Below are positions 1 through 13,580 of a DNA stretch of 64,000 nt, piece by piece. This DNA is from Amoebidium appalachense. Lineage: Eukaryota > Protista > Ichthyosporea. The stretch is from NCBI GenBank assembly GCA_963693365.1, contig CAVNZM010000003.1:8786046-8850045 (forward strand), read 5' to 3'. How positions within the stretch are numbered: position 1 is the stretch's first letter; each line of letters opens with the position of its first letter. The notes below the pieces were generated by a model. That model was not told where the DNA came from. It did not search any database and saw only the letters and a list, made by a program, of their open reading frames with translations. Made by a program: the position numbers and the translations under genes.

Positions 1-796
1 ATGGACGGTAATTTAGAAATTTGTGGAAACACATTCGATTGGACGCATATTTTTCGCTCCTTTTGTACCAAAAAGAACTGGCTTCTCTTAGTGCTCATTT
101 TATACAGTTCTTGGCAAAATGTACATTCCCCAATTTTGTGAAATATCGAAAAACGTTTAATGAATGTATAACTACATTCGTTTTTTGCATAGAAGCACCG
201 ATGGGGACCAGCTGCAACACACGATTCTGGAGAGTTCGGTCATTTCAATTGTGTGACAATTTGAAAAGTTGGCATCGCCCATGTTATTGACCCAATATCA
301 TGCATGCAGGTAACCGAGGCGCTCTCCTAGGCATGGATATAAACAAACAGCCCCGCGTCGTCAGGTTTACTAGAATCCCTCTTCACCCTGTCATTCTGAG
401 TGATAGCAAGGTAGAGCTCCACCCATTTCCCTTCCTCCCTGTAGAATTTAGGTGAGTGTGCCATGCCCACGAAGAGAAAGGGATTTCGTTAATGACTTCT
501 GTTTGTCCAGACGTTGCTCCTCCCTGATTCAGTTAGGGCTGCCTTTTACCTGGGGGCCCGGGTTGGTGAGTGGGAGCACAACCAAAGATCAGGAGTAGAG
601 TGGTGGGGGGCGAAGCAAACATACTCTTTGACTGCCGTTGTCCAAGCCATACTGGGAAGGTTTTTGGCTGGTTTGCAGTAAACCATCTCCCTTGTATTTC
701 TACTACAAAGTCTCTTTTTCGTGTTGGGGCATATTGTCGTGTTTTTTTCACGATCGTTAACAAGACTTCCCCTTGTTTTGTCTTTACAGATCGAAG

Positions 797-1836
797 ATGA
801 TGCAGTCATTTGCCTCCCTCGCTTCCCGTGCCGCCGCCCTTGGCGTGTCCAAGAGTGCTCTGGCTGCCGTTGCCCGTCGCAGCTACTCCATGGCTGCTGA
901 GGCAACTGCTGCCGCAGCTGGTCAGCGTAAGGAGGTGGGTCGGGTTCGTAACAGTTACTCCAGCTTTTAAGTCTCTTGATGTGCTCCGAAAAGGATGCCT
1001 TCCCCAAACTGATAACATGACAAAAACAGTTACGTTTATGACTGAGTGTCGTTATCAGCCCTTTCCTTCTCTGTGCTTCCGTATTTGTGTGCACGGTCTA
1101 TCTGTGCTGGCCACCGGACCGGATATATTCTGGGTTGAACACCTCCGTGCACCTCCTTCTTTGCTTGATTCTCAACGGCCCTCTATTCACGTTTGCTGAG
1201 CTGTTGTGTTTTCACACCTGCAGCCCCACAGCGCTGACAGCCTGCTGGCCCTCGGCACCCGCCGCATCTTTAATGAGGTGAGCAGTCTATGGGAACACAA
1301 CTGCCAGATATGTAGGACCTGCAATTGGTTGGCAAAATGGGAGGGGGAGGGGGGGGGGGGGGGGGGGGGGGTTTTGAGAAAAGTAGGGGGGAGGGGGGGG
1401 GAAGGGGGAGGAAGGGGGCAAGGTTGGAGCCAATGGGTTTGACGGCAAAAATGCTGGGCATCTTTGGGAAGCTGCGCAGTTGGATATGTTCTCTATTTGA
1501 TTTGTCTTCCTGTTTGATGGAGAGGCAAGCATCCTGATGTCCTCCCCTTTACAGGAGCACGACATGTTCCGTGAGACTGCCCGCAAGTATTTCGAGGAAA
1601 AGGTCCGCCCTTTCCATGGTAAGTGTTTTCCGCCCTCCCTTTCCCCCCTTGCTTCCACCTCAACTCCACTCTCTCCCTTCCTCCCCTCGGCTTTACAGTC
1701 GTGCATTTCTTAATTCTTTAACCCCAAAAGAGGGGGTTTCAATTCTTGCTGTTCTTGTTCCTCCCCCGCCTTCTGTTGGAACTCAAACTCTCTCTGTCAC
1801 TCGCGCGCACACACACACACACACACAGAGTCTCAA

Positions 1837-1875
<39 letters not shown>

Positions 1876-3594
1876 ACCCCATGCAAGCGACTACCCGTCA
1901 CCGGTCTGCAATGTCTTTCCACAACAAACTTTGTATATCACTCAAGAATCATACTTACCTGATTGTCATCCACAGCTAAGTGGGAGCAGGAGGGTCAGGT
2001 GTCACGTGACTGCTGGCTGCAGGCCGGAGAGCTCGGCCTGCTTGGCTGCAACACCTCCGAGAAGGTGTGTACAACCCCCCCCCCCCCCCCCCCAAAAAAA
2101 AAAACGGGATGAACCACTGAAGCGAACTTACCTGTCTCTTTTCGGACTTTTCCTTAGCAAATTGATAAGCATTCCATAAGGGGGAGGTCTGAGTTAAATC
2201 TTCATGAAATATCATGCATGAACGGTTATGCCCAGATGTGTTCCATCCATTGACGTTGCATTCCATCAAACAGTATGGCGGCATCGGCACGGACATTCTC
2301 TACTCTGCCATTGTCTGGGAGGAGCAGGCTTACAGTGGCCTGACTGGCCCTGGCTTTGCCCTGCACTCGGACATCGTCATGCCCTACATCGAGAACTACG
2401 GCACAGACGAGCAGAGGGTATGCCCCCCCCCCCCCCCCCCCCCCCCCCTGCCCCTTAACCCAAATCACACAAGCACTAGATTATGCAAGACTGCAACCTC
2501 CTCCCGAGTACAATTTTGCAAACACCCCTCCCCCCTCTCTCTCAAGTTGATACCTGAACAGCCTGTCACGCCTCCATCCCCCCCCCCCCCACCCCCCCCT
2601 CGCGCTTTGGGCCAACACACACACACACACAGAGGAAGATGATATCCCTGGAAAAACGTCTGCACCTCCCACTCATCCTCCCCCCCCCCCCCCCCCCCCC
2701 CTCCTCCTCGCTCCCCCTTGCTGATCCCCGTGTTTTCACGTGCAGATGAAGTTCCTGCCCAAGATGACCACTGGTGAGTGCATTGGTGCCATTGCTATGA
2801 CTGAACCCGCAGCTGGCTCTGATCTTGCCGGCATGAAGACCACTGCCACTCCCCAGTCTGACGGCACATTCGTCATCAATGGTTCGAAAGTGTAAGCAAA
2901 CCCTTCTTCCTCCCTCTTCCCTCCCCACCTCCCCCCTCCCCCCTTCCCCCCCCCCCCCCCCCCCCCCCCCGGGCCCCCATTTCCAAACTATATTCTCAAC
3001 CCCCACACTCTTATTCTTCCTACCCACAGCAACCCTCCCCCCTCCCCCCCTCCCCCCCCAAAAAAAAACACACACACACACGTGAGCTGACTACTTGAAC
3101 AGGCACAATGTTCCGAAGCATCCATTGGTTCCAAATGAATAGTCCAGCAAATCCACCAACACCCCCACTGACCTTTCTCACCACCACAGGTTCATCACCA
3201 ACGGCCAGATGGCCGACTGCGTCATTGTCTGTGCCAAGACCGCACCGGAGAAGGGACCCCACGGCATCACCCTCTTCCTTGTAGAGCGCGGCATGCCCGG
3301 GTTTGAGCGGGGCAAGAACCTCAAGAAGATGGGCATGAAGGCCCAGGACACGTCTGAGCTGTTCTTTGACAACCTGGTGGTTGGGCCCGATGCTGTGCTT
3401 GGCAAGGTCAACCACGGCTTCTACTACCTCATGCAGGAGCTGCCCCAGGAGCGCCTCCTCATTGCCGACATGGCTGTTGCTGCCGCTGAGGCCTACTATG
3501 AGTGGGTACGTTTCTTCCTTTCCTATTCAAGAAAAGACACAACCCAACTCTCCTTCTCCCCTTTATCCCCCCCCCACCCCCTTCCCTTTAAACC

Positions 3595-3627
<33 letters not shown>

Positions 3628-4102
3628 GCGTATGCCCACCAGCTAGGAGATCGTTTCTAACTTGGCGGGATGGAAGGGCTCAGTCAATGTTGGAAGGGGA
3701 GTGCAAGAGTCTGGTGATTGAGGTTTGGTTTGGTTTTGTGTTTGAGTGGGGATGGGTTACATGTATGACGAATTTGTCTCTAAAAATCGACTGACCTTTT
3801 CTTTCTTGAACAGACCCGCAGCTATGTCAAGGAGCGTAAGGCCTTTGGCAAGACCCTCTCCTCTCTCCAGGTGAGACCATGGCCATTGCATTTACCCACA
3901 TACCACCCTATCCATCCTCTTGCCCTCCCCTCCCCTCCCCCCCCTCTCCCCGCCTTCATCCAGGCCTGTCCTCCCTTACGGGTAACACCTCTCACCCCAT
4001 TCCATTGCTATCTCAACCATGAGACTCTGTTCTGAGGACAATGGCACACCAGTGACCCCCCCAAAAAAGGAAAAAAAACATTCAAACACATGTGCTTGCG
4101 CG

Positions 4103-4140
<38 letters not shown>

Positions 4141-4549
4141 CATTTGAAAGCTTCTTTATTTTGTTCGGTTTGTACATACCGTCATACTCACTCGTTTGCC
4201 ATCAAACACGCACAAACCCACCTCCACTCACAAACTGTCGTCCTATCCCCAGACCATCCGCCATACCCTTGCCGAGATGAAGACCGAGGTGTCTGTCGGC
4301 CGTGCCTTCATCGACCAATGCATTGAACTGCACAAGGAGAAGCGCCTCACCACCGCCACCGCCAGCATGGCCAAGTACTGGGGCACAGACCTTCAGAACA
4401 AGATTGCCGATCAGGGTGTGCAGCTGCACGGTGGCTGGGGCTACATGACTGAGTACCCCATCTGCCGTGGGTACATTGACGCTCGCGTCCAGCGTATCTA
4501 TGGTGGGTCCAATGAGATCATGAAGGAGCTCATTGCCCGTGATATCTAA
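797..4549 (+). CDS. ACADL: Long-chain specific acyl-CoA dehydrogenase, mitochondrial precursor (9 coding exons)
   Basis: Exons 797-934, 1224-1277, 1555-1618, 1976-2064, 2274-2417, 2746-2891, 3190-3505, 3814-3870, 4253-4549, all GT-AG and phase-consistent. The splice gives an Arg/Ala/Ser-rich targeting peptide and ACAD motifs: GTRRIFNEEHDMFR, FALHSDIVMPYIENYGTDEQ, GAIAMTEPAAGSDL, INGSKVFITNG, GMKAQDTSELFF, QELPQERL, VQLHGGWGYMTEYPI, DARVQRIYGGSNEIMKELIAR. ELPQERL and IYGG mark the LCAD subfamily. Confidence 0.95.
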
Positions 4550-5893
4550 AAAAAATCTTGTGTAATTTGTAAGTTGTGTGTTTTTTAAACACTATTTCTC
4601 GGTATTTGAAAAGTATGACCTTAATCTGATCAGCTGATGTTTCTTGTTAAGCAGGTGCAGGTTGAGAGATCCAAAATGAGCTTTTGTGCATGTGTTTTTG
4701 CTGTTTAAGTTGCTTCAGTATGACGTGCGCGGCAGGTGTACACTATATCCCTCCTAGCAGTGCGTGTCGATTGAGATCGAAGGCGCAAATCTCCCGATGC
4801 AGTCGAATGGATTATTCAAGGCAATAGGCATGTCTGTGTGTACATAGCACGATTATTTCCGGTGGTTGTGGGGCAACCGCGTGGCAGATAATATATGAGC
4901 TGCCTCAACAAATAAAGGCCGCAGTATCTCCTCAATTTTTCGTGTTATGTGTTTGATATCAAAATGTGTACGTGTAGTGGCGTGCATAACTTGATTTAAT
5001 GGTGGTATTGAAATTAGATGGGGACAGTGGGAAATGGATGGGTAGGGGCAGGTGTTTGATTTGGGAGAGTTTGTTGCACTCGACGGTGGTGAAGCCTAAT
5101 GACCAACCGTGGTGAACATGTTGCATTTGCACCATCTTTCATATATATATATGTATATATATGCTAGTATGTCCCCTCCTCTCACTCCTCGCGGATCCAC
5201 CATCACCACCAGCTACCACCACCGCCACACACACACACATACACAACCCACACGCACACAGACAACACGCACGCACACACACACGCATGCACACCTCACA
5301 CACAAACAGACCCAGCATTACACATATCCGCACGCGCAGTGCACGCATGCGCGCAAAAACACACACAGGTACCCCCCCCCCCCCCCCCCGGCTCAGTATG
5401 TGTTCAGGATTTTGCTTGCTGCCATAGTAACTGTTATGAATGTGCAGCAATAACGTACTGCAGTGCACACTGGGGGGGGGGGGGGGGGGGGGGCTTTCTC
5501 TATCATGCAGGACTTGCCTGTATGTGCTTATAACAGTCTGTTTTTTGGCACCAGGAGTGTTTGGCTATCGCATGTGTATTGATCACTGGGACTATAGTAG
5601 AATATGATGATGGTGCTAGTGCTGAGCATTCATATATGGATAGCATGCGAATGACTGCGCCAAATCTGCCTTGTATCAAGATTTGATTCTGAATGAAGGA
5701 CTAACTTGGAACGAATGTGTGGCCGGCGTCCATGCCAGCAGAAATTCAGCCTTACAAGAGAATGGCAGCTGCCCCCCCCCCCCCCTTTTTTTTCTTTTTT
5801 TAAGCTTACTGATTGAGAATATTTATTGGCCCGGTGGGCATGTAATGCAGCAAACAGTACTAGTGGGTGGGGAGTCGGGTAGAGTGTGTGTGT

Positions 5894-5954
<61 letters not shown>

Positions 5955-5955
5955 C

Positions 5956-6087
5956 TTGAATGCGGAACACGGTACGAAGTACGCATACACGACGAGAAGC
6001 ATGGTGCAGGACACATGCAAAGGCAAACATTCAAGTATGCAACATCAGCCATGTGCACAGTATGCGTCATAAGCAGAGCCCATCCTC
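5956..6087 (-). mobile_element. Truncated copy (3' part) of the ~385-bp dispersed SINE-like repeat
   Basis: TTGAATGCGGAACACGGTACGAAG...GCAGAGCCCATCCTC is nearly identical to the start of 49297-49694, including a 15-nt insertion; flanked by poly(G) on both sides. Confidence 0.85.
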
Positions 6088-6980
6088 TGGGGGGGGGGGG
6101 GGGGGGGGGAGGATTCATCCCTTCAAATAAGACTTTGAGGGCAGGGGGGATAATAGTGGAGCCCTTTGGGTACTGGGCGTTTTGGAGGGGGGGGGGGGGG
6201 GGGGGGGGAGAGAGGAAGGGGGGGGGGGGGGGGGGGGGGGACTGTTCTTTCAACTGCCTATCTTGGATCAAAGTTTATCTGCAACAATTATTGGCAGCCA
6301 ATGAATCTGTTATAGGCATATTTTAGATTATCAAAATTCACCTTTGCGCTGGCCTTTCAAAGAAGATTATACAGCGCAAAAAAAAAAATCTACTATCCCC
6401 TCACAGGTCAATATAGACGTTTTCAGCAACACCCTGCCAGTAATTTTTGTTCACAGCACGCAAAACCATTTATTAGTAAAAAGAGATATTGAAATTTAGT
6501 ACATCACAGCGGCCAATATGCGCAACAGGTCAGAGAAAAAACAAAATTCTGCTCAGGGAAAAACAAAGACCACTCATGCCTGTCCTGTGGTCTAGAAAAG
6601 AGGGGCATCTACAAACACTTCCCGGACAGCGAAAATATGCTGATTAAGGTACGTATTCACCTGGGTTAGACAAAAAAGATCAAATTACAAATAATTGAAG
6701 TGTTACTTATCTATTGAAAAACCCCAGTCCCTAGGCAACCAGAACCTAACGAGTGTACGTCTTTGCATGTGAACGTGAATATGCATATCATTGAAGTGTG
6801 TGCATGTGGGTGGGTGTGTCATACGGTGCCAGTGTATGTATGTGTGCGCAGGTGTGTGTGTGTGTGTGTGCGTGTGTGTGCGTGCCTATGCGCGTGCCCT
6901 CATGCATTCGAATGTGAGTGTGTATACCTGTACCGATGTGTACAGTCCCTTGTACGCCCTTTCCTTATGCTTACTCCTCC

Positions 6981-7029
<49 letters not shown>

Positions 7030-7156
7030 ACACACACACACAAAAAAAAATAAAAAATTCTTCACAATCCAAAACCAACCACCCAAAACAATCATTAAGA
7101 TTCAAAACAAAACATTATGCACGCACTTCGTCTGCCTTTCAAATCCAAAACTTTCC

Positions 7157-8271
7157 CTAGAACCTACCCTGCATGGGTGCACCACTGTCCCCCGAGTAGC
7201 TCACATTATCCTCGTTATCTCTCAGGCGTGCAAACCTCCGCCTATCGTTCCTATGTCTCTTGACTACCCTCGACAACACCACCAGCACAGCCCCACCCAC
7301 AGAAACACATAAAGCTGCAACAAGTGCATACTGCCATGTGCTCAAACCACCATCGTCCTGCTGGTTACTTCCTGTTTCGAGTGCCTTGACATCTTGTGTG
7401 GTGGTTGGTGAAGCTGAGGGAGTGGGCGTAACAACATGTGGAGGAGATGAGGTTGGCGTGGAGAAAGAAGGTGGCTCGGTTGGAATTACGGTAGGAGTCA
7501 CGGACTTCATTGCCGTGGGAGTGTCTACCATTTCACTAGGGGGAGCCTTCTCGCTAACTGATGGGGTAGGAGAAGGTTGCGTGACATGTGGGTACTTCGG
7601 AGGCATTCCGCTGTCTTCAAACGCTGGTGTTTCTTTTGCTTGCTCCACGGAGACACCCCCCTCACCAGAGCCACCCCCTCCTTGAGGGAAAAGCACCATG
7701 CTGCCGTAGTCCCCTCTACCGCTGTTGTCTGGGGAGAAGCTTCGGTCATGTGTGGGTATTTTGGAGGCATGTCACTTCCAACAAAAGCTTGCGTTTCTTT
7801 CGATTGCTCTACAGAGACTCCGCCCTTGCCAGAGTCACCCTCTCCATGAGGGAAGAACACCATGGCTGCCGTTGTCCCCTCTACCGCTGTTGTTTGGGGA
7901 GACGCTTGCGTGCTGTGTGCGTAAATCGGAGGCATGCCGTTCCCATCAAAGGCTTGTGTTTCTTTTGCTTGCTCCAAGGAGCTTGCAACCTCACCAAAAC
8001 TATCCTCCCCATCAGGCATAAACACCATGGGTGCTTTATTGTCTGGTTGCGTAACTTGGATATGCATGGTAACTTGTGTAATGAACATGTGGTGCTGGCC
8101 GGTATGATGTGTGGCAGTGGCGGCTGCAGTGGTATGTGGCATCTCTTGCGTTTGCATTGGAGAATGCATGTCATGGGTGGTAGCAACATCGTTGTGTGTG
8201 CTCTGGGGTGCAGAAAGTGACCCAGTGCTGAAGAGCACCGCGGCAAGAATAAAAGTAGAGAGTGGCTTCAT
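7157..8271 (-). CDS. Type-I membrane mucin-like protein with ~55-aa tandem repeats; 1-bp frameshift at ~7700 (pseudogene or assembly error)
   Basis: ORF 8271-7525 starts with a signal peptide (MKPLSTFILAAVLFSTGSLSA). ORF 7699-7157 continues the repeat series, then a P/S/T-rich stalk, a TM segment (WQYALVAALCVSVGGAVLVVL) and a basic stop-transfer (SRVVKRHR). Repeat ATGs at 8028, 7863 and 7699 are spaced 165 and 164 bp, so one base is missing (CCATGGCTGCC vs CCATG-CTGCC). Confidence 0.8.
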
Positions 8272-8867
8272 TCTTTTGTTGCAAACTCAGTGGGTCCTGT
8301 TAATAGAAGGAGGTTTCACTAGAGAAGGGCTATGCTAAGCAAGCATACTAAAACGTCAAGCCGAATTCGAGCGAGCTTGTCTATATATTCAGTTTAAAAC
8401 CCAGCCAGGCCCTTTGTGCACACATTCATCTAACGGCGCCGACTGTGAAAAACAGAAGGCAACAACTGAAGGCAACTGTGTTGACTGTTCACTGTTGAAT
8501 GCGGCTGTTGACTCTGGGGAGTCTCCCAAAACTCTTTTTTAAGGGGTGAAGGGGCGCTTTACAAAAAATTCCACATTTCGGATTGTCCAAGAGTCCAAGA
8601 CTGTAAAAAATTACTATAAAAAATATAACGAACTCTTCATAAAGCTATATGCCTTTTAAAGGAATAGCACATATGTGAAATCAAATATGTAAACCTGGAA
8701 AGTCTTGCAAAGTAAGGGGAAAAGAAAGCCGCGATCGACCAATGAAAATGGCGATCTTTTGCATTTTTTACATACCATGAATAAAAACGATCCTCCAGCA
8801 ACTTCCATGGCTACATACTGGCAGTGGCCAGACACACATACACACATACACACACACGTCACTTGGG

Positions 8868-8942
<75 letters not shown>

Positions 8943-9027
8943 AAAAAACACATGTACACAAACACATGTACACACACGTGTACACACACACACACACACA
9001 CACACTCTCTCTCAGATCTCTCTCTCT

Positions 9028-9062
<35 letters not shown>

Positions 9063-9421
9063 CCCCCGCCTCGCTTCTCTCTCGCTAAATCCGAGTTTCT
9101 CTAGAGCTCTAAGAGAGGTAGAGAAGAAGGAAGAGAGAACTAACTAAAGAAAGAGAGGTAGAGAAGGGGGGGGGAGGCCTACACTGTAGCTATAGATAGG
9201 GCCGTGAGAGGGGTAGAGGGAGGAGAGAGAGCTCGAAAGATCTATCAGACAATGAGATCTAGACGCACACACACAAGATTAATCAATAGATCGACACCTT
9301 GCTGCTTTTTTTTTTTAAATTGGTCAATGTATCATGACGAAGGCTGAGTGAAGCATATTTTTTTTAAAAAAAATAGGATTATGATATTTTTTTTGTGCCG
9401 TGGTGGTGCATGTGGCCAGTT

Positions 9422-9512
<91 letters not shown>

Positions 9513-9935
9513 CAATTGAGAAATTGCTGGAGAAGAGAATGTAGTAAAGCTAGAAGACACAGGTGGGAAAGGTGGAAAGAAGGTTTACAAGTGGGGTGGT
9601 GGGTAAGTCACTCGGAGTGGATGGCTTGGCCCAGGGGGTGAAGGTTAGGGAGTGGGGGGAGGTGTGAGGGCGAGAATGGGCTTGGTGCGGCGTAATGGTG
9701 GTGGGGGTGGTGGGGGTAATCGTAGTGTCTACGGTGTGGGTCGGAGAGGATGCAGAGGTATGCACATGATCAATTGCAACTTATTACTGTGGTAGTAATG
9801 AATTTGAACACAGGTAAACAACTAGGAGAAATTGGGAACGTCGATTCCACCATCAATTACTACCGGAGGAAACATTGATGCGCCGACATCACCATAAATT
9901 TATCCCCTCCTTGGCATAGATGTGCAATTCACACG

Positions 9936-10088
9936 GCCTATTTTTCCCCTAGGAGACATGTGTGCACAAATGACACCGTGAATTGCTGCTTTTATTGTAA
10001 TCGGTGCCGGCATGCCTCTAGCAATTACAATAAAAGCAGCAATTCACGGTGTCATTTGTGCACACATGTCTCCTAGGGGAAAATAGGC
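9936..10088. repeat. Long inverted repeat / hairpin (~65-bp arms, 22-nt loop)
   Basis: 9936-10001 is the reverse complement of 10024-10088 apart from one base in a T5/A4 run. Confidence 0.9.
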
Positions 10089-10291
10089 GGTGATCATTGC
10101 CAATCACAGCAACAATTTCCTCTAGTTATTACGTGCATTGTATGGCGAGCTACAGAACAGCACACGTACACGTAGCATTACGTTCTGCAACAACCGGCGT
10201 CGCTTTAAAAACAACCTCGTGCTAGGATTTTGTAAGTAGAAGAAAATGGCAACGCTTACAATGGCTAGGTTGTTGATATATCGCCGAGATC

Positions 10292-10315
10292 CTCAAACTC
10301 GATATCGAGTTTGAG
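10292..10315. repeat. Perfect 24-bp palindrome
   Basis: CTCAAACTCGAT|ATCGAGTTTGAG. Confidence 0.85.
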
Positions 10316-11023
10316 TTTGAGGCATCATGCTACATTGCAGATCATGATATGGTGAACTGCAACACCGAGCAGAAAAAGAAGAAGGGGGGGAGAGGAGGAG
10401 GGGGGAGCCTCAGGGGGGGGGAAGGGGGGGAGGGGGGGGGGGGGGGGAGTGAGAGCACCGGAGAGAGACAGAGAGGGGGGGGGGAGAGGGGGAGAGGGGG
10501 GAAGAGGGGAGGGGGGGGGGGGAGGCTGAGAGAGAGAGAGAGAAGGGGGGAGGGGGGGGGGGGGGGGGGGGGGGGAGGGGGGGATGGAGAGAAAACACAG
10601 GTTCCAAGTTAGCAAAGCACGAAAGTCTACCTATGCTCCTAATATGGCACCATATATCCTTGCTGTGGGCAGTGCATGCAGTGTGCAGGTGTAAGTCTAT
10701 CACCTTTATCCCCTTGCCAGGTTTGTTGCTTACGTTGTCTGCATGTGGCAAGCTGTGAGTGTGAGTGCGCACTTCTGCACGCGTGCGTGCTAGGTGGTTG
10801 CGCACACGCACATGTATGTGTGTATGTGTGCGCGAGCACGTTTGGTTAGATACGGTTCTCGATGGATGCTGTGTGTAGGCGGTGTGGGTGCTTGTGTTTG
10901 ATTATGTGTGTGTGCAAGCTTGTGCATGTGCATACATACGGATTGCCCGCACATATAGGCTGGCGGGGCTGTGTAACTAAGTTGGCATGGGTTGCTCGTG
11001 TGTGTCACTGTGTGACGTGTGTC

Positions 11024-11135
<112 letters not shown>

Positions 11136-11204
11136 TGTATGTTAGGGGGGGCGCGGGGGGAGGGGGGGGGGGGGGGAGGGAGGGAGGGGGCGTGCACCAA
11201 GGCT

Positions 11205-11520
11205 TAAATCACTCAGGTAGTCTGTTACATAGTCGTGCAGGTGCAGGGCCATGTGGTAGCTGATAGACAGAGCCCAATCACCGTTCAGCTTGTGATATTC
11301 CTCGTGGTGCTGCTGAAGCAGACACCGCAGTTGCACGATGCTGTCTGACGTTGGTGAGATACGACCGCAGGGCATTGTCCACAGCCGAGAGAAGAAGCTG
11401 GCACCAAGCACATGTCAGTACCTGACCCACCTGAATGACCGGGGTAAAAATTAAGTGTCAGGTCTCGGAGTCCAGGCTTTCCTGACCAATTTTTCCAGTA
11501 CCGAGTATGATCGATCAGAT
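11205..11520 (-). pseudogene. Fragment of a probable CACTA/EnSpm-like (CMC) transposase
   Basis: The minus-strand peptide QLRCLLQQHHEEYHKLNGDWALSISYHMALHLHDYVTDY resembles the LL..F...F..LYG......H.L.HL...V motif of CMC-type transposases (recognised by eye). It is frameshifted and truncated by simple repeats. Confidence 0.4.
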
Positions 11521-11658
11521 GCACGGTGTTTTTTTTTTTTTTTTTTGGTTTGTTTCTAGTTCCCCCATTTTTTTTGCCTTTCCTGTCATTTCTTTCTTTC
11601 TTTTTCTTTACTTTTTTTTTTTGGTGGGTGGGTGGGGTGGGTTGGGGAGGCGGTTGGA

Positions 11659-11711
<53 letters not shown>

Positions 11712-11757
11712 TTCCTCAAACCAGAATGGTTGTGATGCCTTTCCTTTCCATAATACC

Positions 11758-11804
<47 letters not shown>

Positions 11805-12653
11805 GAAGGCAGAGAAAAACTCGCTCACCAAATACGCAATGGGGGGTGGAGGCGGCAAAGGATGTTGTGTGTGATGGAAATAACTTCCTATACTATAATC
11901 AGAAGGAACTTTGAGTTCAATAATGGAGAATTAAATAATCGGAAAAGAAAAGAAAAAATGCACAGGGAAAAACAACCAGTCCAGAAACCCAAAGGACCTA
12001 CCAGCAATAAGCGGACTGATGGAACTTGGGAACTCGGAATCCTCGGGCAGGCATCCATTCGAAAAAGGAACTTTCTCCAGCTGGTCGTTGGGGCCAGCAC
12101 GTGCGTTCATGAGACGGGCTGTGTTTATTTTCAGGTCGATGGCAAGTTTCTTTAAATCTTCTCATGTTTGTGACCTCGCCCTCCAACTCTTGAACTGTGT
12201 CACGTGTCACGTTTTCGTCAGCTGCAGCAGTAGGCTCTTGACCAGGAAAATGGCCAGTGGCTGGAACGTGACCATGATGTAAAAATGCAACTGAAGGAAA
12301 ACGAGTTGAATTCTCATACACTTTTCAGGAACATTTGACTGCAAATCTTTGAACAGGGTTGTTCCCCCCAACGGCCCAGAAATTGTGTTTTGTTTTGGTC
12401 GTGTGCAAATTATCTCTTCTGTTACTTGAGTCTCAATCCAGCTGATGACTGTGTAGGGCTGAAATCAAAGCACAGCTCACAAAAGTTTTCAAAGTGATTA
12501 CTAAACGTATGTATAACTTGTTCAACTCTGTTGTGCCCTTGGGAACCTGGGCATTCAATTCGTGAATTCACCACACTTCCGCCTGCGCGAAATGCTGTTT
12601 GCAACTGTCAGAGTCCTCTTCTTTTCTTAAAGTTTAAGCTTTTACTCTAAATG

Positions 12654-13064
12654 ACTTCACTTTTACTTCGATCTCTTAGCTGTCACGTCAACTTTTTTTC
12701 CCTATTCTTCACTATGGCAGGTATATAAAGGCTTTCGTTTTTTCTTTTTGTGTGCACTTCACTTTTACTTCGATATCTTAGCTGTCACGTCAACTTTTTT
12801 TCCCGATTCTTCACCATGGCAGGTATATAAGGTCTTTCGTTTTTTCTTTTTGGGACTTCACTTTTACTTCGATCTCTTAGCTGTCACGTCAACTTTTTTT
12901 TTTCCCGATTCTTCACCATGGCAGGTATATAAAGGCTTTCGTTTTTTCTTTTTGTGTGGACTTCACTTTTACTTCGATCTCTTAGCTGTCACCGTGACGT
13001 CAACTTTTTTTTCCCGATTCTTCACCATGGCAGGTATATAAAGGCTTTCGTTTTTTCTTTTTGT
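12654..13064. repeat. Minisatellite, 4 x ~100-105 bp
   Basis: Unit ACTTCACTTTTACTTCGATCTCTTAGCTGTCACGTCAAC...GGCAGGTATATAAAGGCTTTCG... starts at 12654, 12756, 12855 and 12960. Confidence 0.92.
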
Positions 13065-13580
13065 GGTGGGAAGGGGTCCCACTCAGGGGAACGTGACACT
13101 GTGTGTGTGTAGTGCGGCCTTGTCTATTCCTAATGCTGTGAGAGTGTGGGGACATTGCAGACATCTCCCTTGCGCGGAGTTTCTCGCTTGAGGAGTGGTT
13201 TCTTCGACATCTGGTGGCCCACTGCAACTTACGGTGACTTCTACACGCTATCTACGCTTAGGCTACGCGAGCTATTGGCGGTGGGCTGCTGCAACTTCTT
13301 CAACTGCTTCTGCGCTGCGTGAGTGGAGGGGTAGCTACTGGGTCGTCGAGGAGCTTTCCTTGTGGCTGCCGTGTTTTCAGCCTTCAGCAGTATGGCAATG
13401 ACTGTTATTTTGTGTGGGTAACTTGAAACGGAGAAGCAGAGAGCACAGATGGGTGTTATGTTATACACAACACAGAGACACACGGGAGAAACACAACCGG
13501 AGAGGTGGAACGATTTCAGGAACCATAGAAAATGATTTCAACTGCTTGATATTTATTTCAAGATGACATTCCTTTTATAC

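Noticed and set aside
12654-13064. 100-bp repeats as a CRISPR or ncRNA array
   Set aside because: Whole units are near-identical head-to-tail with no variable spacer.
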